The position numbers and the translations under genes are program-made. Shown in pieces: positions 40,543-50,860 of a DNA stretch of 64,000 nt. Each line of letters begins with the position of its first letter. The first letter of the stretch is position 1. The notes below the pieces were generated by a model. That model did not search any database and was not told the DNA's origin. It saw only the letters and a program-made list of their open reading frames with translations. This stretch comes from Gammaproteobacteria bacterium (lineage in GTDB: Bacteria; Pseudomonadota; Gammaproteobacteria; Ga0077536): assembly GCA_963662545.2 (NCBI GenBank), contig CAXXLL010000003.1:352001-416000 (forward strand), read 5' to 3'.

Positions 40543-40865
40543 ACCGCTGCGTCCTCCCCCACCCAGCGGTGTTGATGACAGCCGGACTCAATATCGTCTA
40601 AATCACGAGCCTTAAGCAGTGCGGCAGCTCCGCTCCATCAGTCACCGGGGTGGCATTTCCATATGTCAGGGTATCGGGTCCTATGCCGTTTACTTGAGTC
40701 GTGCCGAGGCAATAAGGCCGAAGACAGCCTTTACAGATCAGCTCGCCAAATGCTCGCGATTTCCCAAAATGTGAACTTCGTCATTAAGGCTGATGATTTC
40801 TTGCCGAATACGCTTACGACGGACGACTTTTAAGTTTCGGCCCAAGCGAGGCCGGAGGAAATGCC

Positions 40866-43038
40866 ATGCTGACAAATCTCGCGTTCAAGCAAGCCCTGGT
40901 CGATACCGGGCCCGCACCCGTTTCGGATCAAGTGCCCTCGTTTCTCACTAAATAGGTGATCCAAATCTTGCGACACTCGGGCAGTTTCCCGGGAATGGAC
41001 TTGCCGCACGCATGAAGGCACGTACTGCGTCCATCAGACGGTCGATGGTCGAGTAACGATGATTCCGGGTGACATTGTCGTGCAACTGTTTCCAGAGTTT
41101 CTCAATGTCATTGACCCAGGGCTGATAGGCCGGCTGGAACAGCAATCGGAATTTCGGATTGTGCTTTAGCCAGACGTGTGCCAAGCGACATTTGTGGATG
41201 ATGTAGTTATCCACGATCAAGATAATTCGACGCGCGGCGCGGTAAGTTTGCCGCAGGTGGTCGAGCAGGCAAAGGAATAGGTCGCTGTTTTTCCGTGTGC
41301 CCTCGACATACGCAACGCGACCGGTTCGTGCGTGCAGCGCGCCCGCCAGATAGCGTTTCCGGTTTTGCCCAGGCGTGGGGATGGCACGTTGACAACCTTG
41401 AGTAGACCAAAGGAAACCGATTTTGGGATTGAGGTCGATATCGACCTCATCGGCGTAAAACACTTCATGCCCCGATGGGGCTCGAGACAACGCACGATGA
41501 ATGGCTTTCAGGCGCGTGGCTGCCCGTGGGTCGCGCAGATGTAAGGTCGGACGAGCACGACGCCAGCCGAATCCCAAATTAACTAGCCAGCGACGTACCG
41601 TAGAGGCGTGAATGGGCCGTGACAGCAACGAATTCAGCGTCTCGGCCAGCATCTCGCTCGTCCACGTACTGCGCAGGTAGCCATAATCACTGGGCGGCTG
41701 CTCAACTAACTCGGCGAGCGTCTCCAACAGGGTGTCATCCACCGTATACGCCCGCCGGCCCGAGCCGCACGCCTCGAGAAAGGCTTCACCCGCGGTCTGG
41801 AATTGCGTGACCCATCGATAAACCGTTGAACGCGCGACCGACAAACTGCGTGACACGGCCGTCGGTGAGACGCCTGAAGCTAACTGCAACAGGACTTGAG
41901 CGCGGCGAACCACCCGCCCGTTATCGCTGCGTTGAATCAACCGCTTAAAGCGACGTTTCTGTGAGCGCGTCAATGACACTAAACTATCCATACTCAGGTG
42001 ACCTCTTTCGGGAACGTAGATTGCTCGATACAACCTCTGATCTCTGAATGTCACCTGAGTTCTTTTTATTTGATCGAGTTTTTGGAACACCTATTTAGTC
42101 TTTCAAAAGCCGTTTCTCGGGCTGCGGCGTCGCGCCCTTTTCAATACGCGACGACGATTCATCCTTGCATCATCAAGGGCGTACGTACCCTGGTTCACCG
42201 ACGAGACTTGGGGAACGATCAACCCGGGGCATTTCGACGGCTCAAAGCCTATGCCCTGAAAAATGGATTCAAGCTGCTCGAAGAGCGCCGCCGGCGTCAA
42301 CTTGGGTGCCGTGACGAACGCCGTCGTCTCGCACCGGTACTGATGTTCGCAGCGGGGCTGGTGGCGAGCTCCGCCATGGCTGAAGAAGGCGTGTTGATTC
42401 AGGACGGCGCCGCCGTCGTACCGACCATCGAGGTTATCGGGCACAGGCAGGTCGAAGAGCGTCCGTATTTGATCGAAGCCGGTAAACGATTTGTTTCCGC
42501 ACCGCATGGGGAGATCGAATTGATCATGAGCGTCGCTTCCGAGGTACGCGCCCACGGCAAGATGCAACGCGTTCGAACACGGGGCGTGCAGATGCCGTCC
42601 GAGTACAGCGGCAGCTTCATCGACCGATACGATTACCAGATGCCGCAAGTCTGCGGCGGGAAAACCTTCAGCTACTACGAGGGCGATGGGTTTGCCGCGC
42701 TTGGATTTCACGCCGACAAAGGCAAGGTCGTGCTCGACGTTCTGGCGGGTGGCGGGCCGTTTACCACCCCACGCTTATGGGGTGCATACGATCAGGTCCT
42801 GAATTCCAACATCCGCATGGACTTGATGTTCGGCGACGGCGAAATGGACGGCATGGGCCTGCTCAAGGCGTCTTACAAGATCGGGTTGATGCCCGTCATG
42901 CGCACCGGGACAAAGAACTACTACGGTGAACTCTACTCGCGTGCGGTCGCGATGGCGGCCGATTGCTCTCGGCCTTTGCCCGAGATCCGACACGCCGGTA
43001 CTCCCGGACCCGAAGATACCGCGGAAGATGCCAGTTAG
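40866..43038 (+). pseudogene. Hypothetical protein split by IS630
   Basis: GGAGGA RBS and ATG 40866: MLTNLAFKQALVD...SFLT joins SLSKAVSRAAASRPF in frame after removing the IS. Confidence 0.7.
40951..42095 (-). mobile_element. IS630-family element, transposase 40948-41991, TA target
   Basis: IRs AATAGGTGATCCAAA / TTTGGAACACCTATT flanked by TA; YADEVD, IVDNY.IH, QPAYQPWVN.IE.LW. Confidence 0.92.
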
Positions 43039-43625
43039 CCGGCTCGCAAAGTCCTAAATTTATGATGGAGGCACTTGCGGTCCCGTCCCAGGGATCCACT
43101 CCAATTAAAACCGGATACCGGGCGTCAAATTCGCTAAAGGCGAGGCGCCAAAATCCGATAGAGGGGCTATGAACAACCCCGCAAAAGGGGCGGTGTTCAC
43201 CACAGTCGCCTCGCTCGTCAATGGTCTGAACGATCCGCGTTTATCCCTTAGCGACAAGTAGCAGATATTTGCCCAGTAATTTCTCTTGGCGATTTTAGAT
43301 TTTCGTTCTGCTGCCGAAAGATAGGGGAAGAGGAAAGAGACCGGATTTGCGCCAATGTAACAGGCGCGTGTTACGGCGGTGCATATCTCCCCCAATCCGG
43401 TCAAAGTTCTCGGCGGGGACTTCGGTCCCCGTTCTTATAGACACATTCAGATACCCGATCCCTACGCAGGCGCGTAGATAGGCTTTGTAGCGCACATTCA
43501 TTCAGGTAGCCCTCAAAGCCGAGTGATGGGGCTACTATGCCGGATCATGGTAGCGGGATGGTCTTACCCGCTTTGAAAGCCTTGGTGTGCCCGCTCTTTC
43601 CGTCGCTATCGGCGACGCGGTAGCA

Positions 43626-44261
43626 TCACGATACGACTTTGCCTCGTGTCAGAAAGGGTAGCGCCGAGGCTAACAACCATACTGGTGCTGGTATCGGTAT
43701 GGGTGCAACAACTGTTTCCCGCAAATTGTCGAACAGGAACCAGCTTGATGAAATGCGTGGCAAATTTTCACCGTTACTATCTGCTATCGCGTGCAATCTA
43801 AAGACTAGCTGCGCAGACCCAGCGATCCCGCTCGTGTCGATAACCTGGTTGAGAAATGTACCTCCGGAGTTGGTCGACCATACAGGGGTTCCGTCGATCA
43901 GGACTCTCGCCTCGAGAAACGACATCAAGGTGCTGCTCTGGCCCGATGGCGCCTGCAATAGCGTAACGATACCTACATCGAACGTGATAGCTGCGACGGT
44001 CGTTAGGTCGACCGTTTGGCTCCATTGACCGAAGTTTCCACTGTTAATGGTACTACCACTACCCGAGAAAACACGCCCGGCCGATGCGCCATCTGTAGGA
44101 AGGCCCGCGAAACTCGATGAAATCGTATCCACACCGAACTGCCCTGAATTACTGGCACTCCAGCCCGATGTCGACTCGAAGCTGGGACTCACGATTGCTG
44201 CCACAGAGTTTCCAGTCACGAGCAGCGTCACGACGACTAGAATTAATCTCGCATCCATCAT
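43626..44261 (-). CDS. PEP-CTERM/VPLPA-CTERM-like exported protein
   Basis: Signal peptide; C-terminus PIPIPAPVWLLASAL..L.R.K. Confidence 0.75.
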   Translation of the reverse strand: MMDARLILVVVTLLVTGNSVAAIVSPSFESTSGWSASNSGQFGVDTISSSFAGLPTDGASAGRVFSGSGSTINSGNFGQWSQTVDLTTVAAITFDVGIVTLLQAPSGQSSTLMSFLEARVLIDGTPVWSTNSGGTFLNQVIDTSGIAGSAQLVFRLHAIADSNGENLPRISSSWFLFDNLRETVVAPIPIPAPVWLLASALPFLTRGKVVS

Positions 44262-44394
44262 TAAACCCCCCGCTTGGTTGATAGGCAAAGTATAGCCGTT
44301 GGGCCTAGCGCCTTTGGCCTGTGCTAAGGGATGCCGTGCGAGGCCCTGTGCCGAAGACAGTTGCCCGCCTGAGCGCTAAGGTACTCGCCCATCT

Positions 44395-44664
44395 ATGAAG
44401 GCAAGAGACTCGTTACTGACGTTCGTCGACGCCATCCGGGATGCGTCGGCGCCGCCCTGCGATGGTTGCGCGAACGCTGCACGGTGCGCGGCTGAGTCGC
44501 TGGCATGCGGTCCCTTCCTGGAAACGATAGCCGAGCTGCGACGGCGGAAATCTTTCAGCGCACTGTCGGCCGCCAACGATAGCCGAGCTGCGTCAGGTCA
44601 CCAACACAAACCCGCGGCGGGGTATCGTCAGTATCCGCCGACCGTCGGGTCTGTGAGTTCGTAG
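44395..44664 (+). CDS. Hypothetical Cys-rich small protein
   Basis: PPCDGC....RC....LAC pattern, next to the integrase. Confidence 0.35.
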   Translation: MKARDSLLTFVDAIRDASAPPCDGCANAARCAAESLACGPFLETIAELRRRKSFSALSAANDSRAASGHQHKPAAGYRQYPPTVGSVSS

Positions 44665-44972
44665 CCATGAGCTCCAGGGCAGACCATTGAACTGTTCCTG
44701 TTCATAGTGTCCCGGTAGACGAAGCAGTTCGTGTCGAGCCGGGGGTTACCATTCCAGTGAGTGATCAGGACCGCGATCCGGACGAGTTCCTCCTCGGGTG
44801 ACAGGTCACTGCGCCGAACGACGTAGGGGCCGCGGGCGATACATTCCTCATAATCGGCCCGGCGCTTCTCCACGTCGTCCCTCTTGAGGGTCCGCCACTT
44901 GTCCCGCTCCCAACCCTGTATGTTGACGATGGCCAGGCCGCCGAGGATGACGGCGAAGAAGGCGCTGTGAAT

Positions 44973-46259
44973 TTAGGAGCTCCTTCCTCTTCGTTTGCGC
45001 CGTGAGGCTTTGCGACGCTTGTTCAAGCTGACTACGCCCGCGCCTGCGGCAAGTTGGTCCAGGTAGTCGGCCCATGCCTGCATCATCTTCTTGCGTTCGG
45101 GCAGGTGCTCGGCACGATTGTATGCATCTCTGACTGCGTTTCGTTCAACATGTGCAAGTTGCCGTTCAATGACGTCCCGATTCCACCCTTGCTCGTTCAA
45201 CAGCGTCGATGCCGTGGTGCGGAAGCCGTGGGCGGTCATCTGGTCCTTCGTGTAGCCCAAGCGACGCAGCGCGGCGTTGAGCGTGTTCTCGCTCATCGGT
45301 CGGCTTCGGCTACGGATACTCGGGAAGATGTACTCGCCCTTCTCGGTGAACGGGTGCAGCTCACGAAGGATCTTCACAGCCTGCTTCGAAAGCGGCACAA
45401 GATGCTCCGCGTCCATCTTCATCCGGCGCTCAGGGATGCGCCACATCGCTTCGTCGAGATCGAATTCCGCCCACTCCGCGGCGCGTAGCTCTCCAGGCCG
45501 AACGAACAGAAGCGGGGCTAGGCACAGGGCCGCTTGAGTCACCGGCTCGCCTTGGTAACCGCGAATGGCACGCATGAGTTCGCCCACGGCTTTGGGCTCC
45601 GTAATCGCGGGGTGATGTCTAGTTTTCGCCGTCTCGATGGCACCGCGCAAATCCGCAGCCGGATCGCGCTCCGCCCGGCCAGTCACGATCGCGTACCGAA
45701 AGACCTGGCTGAGGCTCTGCCGGACGCGTTGCGTGACCTCCAGGGCTCCGCGGCCTTCTATCTTGCGCAGGAGTTTGAGCAGCTCCGGAGCGGTGATCTC
45801 GTGGATGGGTCGGGTGCCGAGGGTCGGGAACACTTCGTTTTCGAGCCGTGATAGCCGGGAGGCTGCCGTGGAAGACGCCCATACCTTTGATTTCTTGTTG
45901 TGCCACTCGCGGGCGATGACTTCGAGGGAATTCTCTTTCGCGGCAGCTTTCGACGCTTTCGCAGCCTTGCGATGCTGAGTAGGGTCGATACCTTGGCCGA
46001 TGAGTCGCCGCGCGTGGTCCCGCATCTCGCGGGCCCCCTCAATCCATTCACCGGTCGCTTTGTCCTTTCTGCCAGTGAGCGGAACGTCAGGGTAGCTACC
46101 GAGAGCAAGCGTCGAGTCTTTGCCCTCGAACCGATAGCGGAAGCGCCAGAGTTTCGTGCCGGACGGCGTGACGAGAAGGTAGAGGCCCCCTGCGTCAGCG
46201 AGCTTCTTCGGCTTGTCACCGGGCTTGGCATTACGGATCGCGGTGTCGTTCATCGCCAA
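44973..46259 (-). CDS. P4-like integrase (arm-binding domain plus tyrosine recombinase)
   Basis: KLADAGGLYL, G.K.WRFRY, LGSYP, RPGELR, HGFR, QLAH, AYNRA. Confidence 0.95.
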   Translation of the reverse strand: MAMNDTAIRNAKPGDKPKKLADAGGLYLLVTPSGTKLWRFRYRFEGKDSTLALGSYPDVPLTGRKDKATGEWIEGAREMRDHARRLIGQGIDPTQHRKAAKASKAAAKENSLEVIAREWHNKKSKVWASSTAASRLSRLENEVFPTLGTRPIHEITAPELLKLLRKIEGRGALEVTQRVRQSLSQVFRYAIVTGRAERDPAADLRGAIETAKTRHHPAITEPKAVGELMRAIRGYQGEPVTQAALCLAPLLFVRPGELRAAEWAEFDLDEAMWRIPERRMKMDAEHLVPLSKQAVKILRELHPFTEKGEYIFPSIRSRSRPMSENTLNAALRRLGYTKDQMTAHGFRTTASTLLNEQGWNRDVIERQLAHVERNAVRDAYNRAEHLPERKKMMQAWADYLDQLAAGAGVVSLNKRRKASRRKRRGRSS

Positions 46260-46438
46260 TTTTGGGGTACGGTTCTCGAAGGGTTCTAGAATACCCCGGA
46301 TCGTACCCCGCTATCACCCCCCGGCTGTCAACGTTCCTCAGCGGAGAGTAACGGACCCAAAATGCTATGATTTTAGGCAATTATGCGGGTGCGCATGCAG
46401 GTGTGGCGGACTTCTACGGACGTGGGCGGAACAATGTT

Positions 46439-46486
46439 TGGTGCCGGAGAGTGGACTCGAACCACCGACCTACTGATTACGAATCA
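46439..46486 (-). other. 3' half of tRNA-Thr(CGT); att core of the integrase
   Basis: Minus strand tgattCGTaatcagtaggtcggtggttcgagtccactctccggcacca; no D-arm or 5' acceptor strand. Confidence 0.85.
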
Positions 46487-46601
46487 AATATTGCGAGTAC
46501 CCGCTCGTTCGCGAGGAGTAGCCTTTCTTACAATATTTTCCCTAATACTTACCCAAATGGACTGTTGTAATCGAAGAGCCGGTATAACCTACTGAAAGAT
46601 A

Positions 46602-46677
46602 TGGCGTCCCCTGGGGGAGTCGAACCCCCGTTGCCGCCGTGAAAGGGCGGTGTCCTAGGCCACTAGACGAAGGGGAC
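46602..46677 (-). tRNA. tRNA-Glu(TTC)
   Basis: GTCCCCTTCGTCTAG...CTTTCAC...GGTTCGA...GGGGACGCCA. Confidence 0.97.
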
Positions 46678-46682
46678 GGGAT

Positions 46683-46758
<76 letters not shown>

Positions 46759-46924
46759 ATCTGCAGGTCGAATGTGCTGAAGCAGAAAGCGGATCGCCTT
46801 GCTTCTTAGCGTCCCATTATAGAGGATGCTTGAACCGGTAAAAAGCTGGGCTTCTCGCCTAGATTCAAGTCCTTACACTGCCCTTCCGAAGCGGGCGCAG
46901 GTTACGTGAGGGGGGGATCGGCTG

Positions 46925-48340
46925 TCAAGCTGCCGCAGCGCGGGCGTCGATGTATGCAAGGGCTTTGTCGAGGCGTTTCAGGCATTGTTCGCGGCCGACC
47001 AAGTGCAAGGTTACGTCGATGGACGGTGAGGCGGCGGATCCGGTGACGGCGACTCTCAATGGCTGGGCTATCTTGCCGAGTTTGAGTTCATGTGCCGCGG
47101 CGATTTCCTCGACCAGCGCGTGGAGCGCGTTGGGAGTCCACGGATTCTGGATTTCTAGCCGCTCACGAATATTGCGCAATGGCGGTCCCGCGATCGGGCG
47201 CAGGTGTTTTTTCGCGGCGCCCTCATCAAATGCGTCGAGTTCACCGAAGAACGGGCGGCTCTTCTCAGCTATCTCGACCAGGGTTTTCGCGCGGGTGCGT
47301 TGAGCCTCGATCACGGTCTCGAGCCTCGCGCTGTCGCTGGTATCGATTCCCGCCGCGACGAAATGCGGCGCCGCCTGTTCACGGAGTTCCGCCATTGGCA
47401 TTGTCTGGATGTACTGCTGGTTGACCCATAAGAGCTTCTCCCGGTCGAAGGTCGCGGCCGATTGATGAATACCTTCGATATCGAAATACTCGGTCATCTC
47501 GGCCGGCGTGAAGATCTCCTGGTCACCGTGGGACCAGCCGAGCCGCACGAGGTAATTCAGCAGCGCCTGGGGGAGAAAACCGTCGTCGCGATACTGCAGC
47601 ACGCTCACCGCGCCGTGCCGCTTGGAAAGCTTCTTCCCGTCGGCACCGTTGATCATTGGAATGTGCGCATAGACAGGGCGCGCGGCGCCCAGGGCTTCGA
47701 GGATATGGATCTGGCGCGGGGTGTTGTTCAGGTGATCGTCGCCGCGGATCACATGGGTGACACCCATGTCGACGTCGTCGACGACCACGGTCAGGTTATA
47801 GGTCGGACTGCCGTCCGATCTTGCAATGATCAGATCATCGAGTTCACTGTTCTGAATCGTCACCGTGCCGCGGACACCATCCTCGAGCTCGATCGCGCCA
47901 TCCTGCGGTGTACGGAAACGGACGACCGGCGGATTGCCGCTTGCTGCGGCGTCGGGATTGTCACGGCAATAGCCGTCGTAGCGTGGTTTTTCCTTCGCTG
48001 CCATCTGCGCCTCACGCAAGGCCTTGAGCCGTTCACGGCTGCAGTAGCAGCGGTAGGCCTTGCCCTCCTCGACCAGCTTGGCGGTCACCTCGGCGTAGCG
48101 GTCGAAACGCTGGGTCTGGTAATAAGGCCCTTCGTCATAATCGAGCCCGAGCCAGGCCATTCCTTCCAGAATGACGTCGACGGCTTCCTGCGTCGAGCGT
48201 TCGCGATCGGTGTCCTCCAACCGTAATACGAAACGCCCGCCGTACCGGCGCGCGAATAGCCAGTTATAGAGCGCGGTGCGCGCGCTACCGATGTGCAGGT
48301 AGCCCGTGGGGCTAGGCGGGAAACGGGTGACGACGGTCAT
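46925..48340 (-). CDS. gltX: Glutamate--tRNA ligase
   Basis: TRFPPSPTGYLHIG, RLEDTD, KLSKR. Confidence 0.97.
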   Translation of the reverse strand: MTVVTRFPPSPTGYLHIGSARTALYNWLFARRYGGRFVLRLEDTDRERSTQEAVDVILEGMAWLGLDYDEGPYYQTQRFDRYAEVTAKLVEEGKAYRCYCSRERLKALREAQMAAKEKPRYDGYCRDNPDAAASGNPPVVRFRTPQDGAIELEDGVRGTVTIQNSELDDLIIARSDGSPTYNLTVVVDDVDMGVTHVIRGDDHLNNTPRQIHILEALGAARPVYAHIPMINGADGKKLSKRHGAVSVLQYRDDGFLPQALLNYLVRLGWSHGDQEIFTPAEMTEYFDIEGIHQSAATFDREKLLWVNQQYIQTMPMAELREQAAPHFVAAGIDTSDSARLETVIEAQRTRAKTLVEIAEKSRPFFGELDAFDEGAAKKHLRPIAGPPLRNIRERLEIQNPWTPNALHALVEEIAAAHELKLGKIAQPLRVAVTGSAASPSIDVTLHLVGREQCLKRLDKALAYIDARAAAA

Positions 48341-48447
48341 CGAGATGATTCAAGCATGGCTTAAGCGTGGGCGCATTATAGGAAATCCCACGCGCCGACG
48401 GACGCGAACGAGCGCGACAGCGACCAATTTCCGCCCATAAAGGTCGA

Positions 48448-48476
48448 TTGACCCTCTAAACGGCACATCCTAGAAT
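48448..48476 (+). promoter_or_regulatory. Sigma-70 promoter of tRNA-Val
   Basis: TTGACC-N17-TAGAAT. Confidence 0.75.
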
Positions 48477-48492
48477 CGCCTTCCTTCGATCG

Positions 48493-48567
48493 GGGCGATT
48501 AGCTCAGCGGGAGAGCACTGCCTTCACACGGCAGGGGTCGCTGGTTCGAACCCAGCATCGCCCACCA
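48493..48567 (+). tRNA. tRNA-Val(CAC)
   Basis: GGGCGATTAGCTCAGCGGGAGAGCAC...TTCACAC...GGTTCGAACC...ATCGCCCACCA. Confidence 0.95.
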
Positions 48568-48664
48568 ATTAGTCTAACCACGTCTCCGCCAAGGTTCTCG
48601 TACCCGTTTCAAAGTGGTCACTAAACCGGGGCAGGCGTTCGATGATCGTCGCCAAGCTCGGGCC

Positions 48665-49483
48665 TCACTCGCAAATTTCACCGAATTTTTCGCAACGCCG
48701 ACGGCACTTGCGCGCGCCCCGCGGATCGACGTTGCAGTCCTCGCCCCAATTCAGGCACCCGTGAATGCATTTGGCGCCTTCGGCGTTCGATTCGCCCGAC
48801 TTCTGCGATTTCCCGTTGGGCGAGATGGCGAGCGTGGTGCCGCTTTTCGCAGCGATTTCTCGAGCGAGTCCCGCCGCCGACTCTTTTTCTTCAGTGGTCA
48901 GATCTTCCTCTAAACTTGCAAACACCTTACGTACGGTGCGCCTGTCTGCCAATGGAAAGGCGTTCTCTAAATCACCCAGTTCTACTTCATCGTTGGTGAA
49001 ATAGTCCGTTGCCGTTAACAGCCAGGCGTAAGCTTTGACCTTGTCCTGCTTGAATCCTTCGCCTCTGGCGTATTTCAATCCCATCATCGATCGAGACGGA
49101 AAATAGCCATGATCGACCGCTTTCTGATACCACCTGATCGCTTTCCTGTGATTTTTCCTGACCCCATATCCGTAGTCGTACATCATGCCGAGTCGATGCT
49201 CGGCATCGGGACGGCCGAATTTCGCCGCCTCCTTGAACCACATGAATGCCTTCTCTGGATTCTGCGAGATCCCCTGACCGCGCGCATACATCGCCCCGAA
49301 TATTGACATTGCCCGGTAATCGCCCTTTTCAGCGAGTTTCTCGAAGATCCTCGCCGCGGTCTCGTAACGGGCTTCTTTGTAAGCGGCCGCGCCCATGTCG
49401 AATTCGTCCGCATTCGCTGGCGCCACCGCGAAATACACGGCTGCGTAGATAATGCAGATAATTGATCGTTGAACTGACATCAT
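48665..49483 (-). CDS. Exported Sel1-repeat protein with Cys-rich C-terminal tail
   Basis: Signal peptide; repeats MY..G.G......A..W...A..G; 6-Cys tail. Confidence 0.85.
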   Translation of the reverse strand: MMSVQRSIICIIYAAVYFAVAPANADEFDMGAAAYKEARYETAARIFEKLAEKGDYRAMSIFGAMYARGQGISQNPEKAFMWFKEAAKFGRPDAEHRLGMMYDYGYGVRKNHRKAIRWYQKAVDHGYFPSRSMMGLKYARGEGFKQDKVKAYAWLLTATDYFTNDEVELGDLENAFPLADRRTVRKVFASLEEDLTTEEKESAAGLAREIAAKSGTTLAISPNGKSQKSGESNAEGAKCIHGCLNWGEDCNVDPRGARKCRRRCEKFGEICE

Positions 49484-49614
49484 CTGATTGTACCGTTATG
49501 ACGACGGGGCGGCATGCGCGATTCGATACATGTCATCAGCGGTGATCCCGGTTTTACCATCATGCTGTTATAAGATGTGATCGCGACGCGTATAACGCCG
49601 TACAAGGGGGGCAG

Positions 49615-50691
49615 ATGAAATTCAGCCTATTGTATTTACCGGCATACGATCCGGTTACCCATGGTAGCGTGCAGGATCTGTACAAACAGATCTTCGATGA
49701 GGTCGATTTTGCCGAGCGCGAAGACTTTCATCGAGTATGGGTAGCCGAACATCACGTCGGTGGCTACGGCGGGCAGCTCCCCTGCGTGCCGGTTATCTTG
49801 TCGGCCTTGGCGCAACGAACCCGGCGCATAGGACTTGCGAGCGGCGGCGTTTGCGTGCCGCTGCATCGGCCCCTCGAACTCGCCGAGCAATTGGCGATGG
49901 TTGACGTCCTGTCGAACGGTCGCCTCGAAGTCGGATGCGCCAACGCGTTTTTGCCTTACGAGTTCGCGGCCTACAACGTGGACTTGGACGAGAGCCGTGA
50001 GCTTTTCAGGGAAAACATCGAAATTTTGCTGGGCCTATGGTCGAACAAACGCTTTAGCTATCACGGCAAACATTCGCGGCTGGAGGACGTCGAATTGACG
50101 CCTAAGCCGCTGCAAAAGCCGCATCCGCGCTTATCGATTGCGGCGATATTGACCCGCGAGTCATTCGAATATGCCGGACACAAGGGCTTCAATTTGATGG
50201 TTGTGCCGTACATCAAATCACTGGAGGACATCGCGGAGCCTATCGCTTGGTATCACGCGGCCCTGCGCGAATCCGGATATGACCCGGATGACTTCAACGT
50301 AATGGGCACGTTTCATTGCTACTGCCACGAAGACGATGCGACCGCCTACGAGACGATGCGGAAACCCATGTACGAATATTTGAAAAACGTCCGCGACTCT
50401 GCGAGTAAGGGACAGTTCGGCAAGGGTTACGAAGGCTATGAAAAACTGAGCCAGGGCGTTCAGAAGCTCATGGATAACTACGATCTGATGTACCAGGAAC
50501 GAACGCTCTTCGGCACGCCTGAAAAGCTGATCTCCCGCATCACTGCCGCTAGGGAGGCGGGCCTGACTGAAGTGTCGCTTATCAGCTTGATGCCGTCCTT
50601 GTCCGCCGAGCAATCCATGCGGTCGCTGCGTTTGGTGAGCGAGCAGGTCATACCGGCGTTCAACGGCACGACGGAAGCTGCCGTAGCGTAA
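49615..50691 (+). CDS. LLM-class flavin-dependent oxidoreductase
   Basis: WVAEHH, LAEQLAMVDVLSNGRLEVG, PKPLQKPHP. Confidence 0.92.
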   Translation: MKFSLLYLPAYDPVTHGSVQDLYKQIFDEVDFAEREDFHRVWVAEHHVGGYGGQLPCVPVILSALAQRTRRIGLASGGVCVPLHRPLELAEQLAMVDVLSNGRLEVGCANAFLPYEFAAYNVDLDESRELFRENIEILLGLWSNKRFSYHGKHSRLEDVELTPKPLQKPHPRLSIAAILTRESFEYAGHKGFNLMVVPYIKSLEDIAEPIAWYHAALRESGYDPDDFNVMGTFHCYCHEDDATAYETMRKPMYEYLKNVRDSASKGQFGKGYEGYEKLSQGVQKLMDNYDLMYQERTLFGTPEKLISRITAAREAGLTEVSLISLMPSLSAEQSMRSLRLVSEQVIPAFNGTTEAAVA

Positions 50692-50860
50692 GTTAGTATT
50701 CGAGCGAGGGCGATAGGATCCAGCACGATATCGCGGCGCTCAGCGCAAAAACAGGCGAACCGCCGTTTAGTAAGCGTGGATTATCCCCTCCCGCGACTTG
50801 CGCCGCTGTCGGCACCGCTCGAAAATGGCGCCTTTGATACCACGACCCTGGAGCCGCTCC

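Noticed and set aside
46439-46515. Intact tRNA-Thr gene
   Set aside because: Similarity ends at the anticodon stem; the D-arm and 5' acceptor strand are missing.
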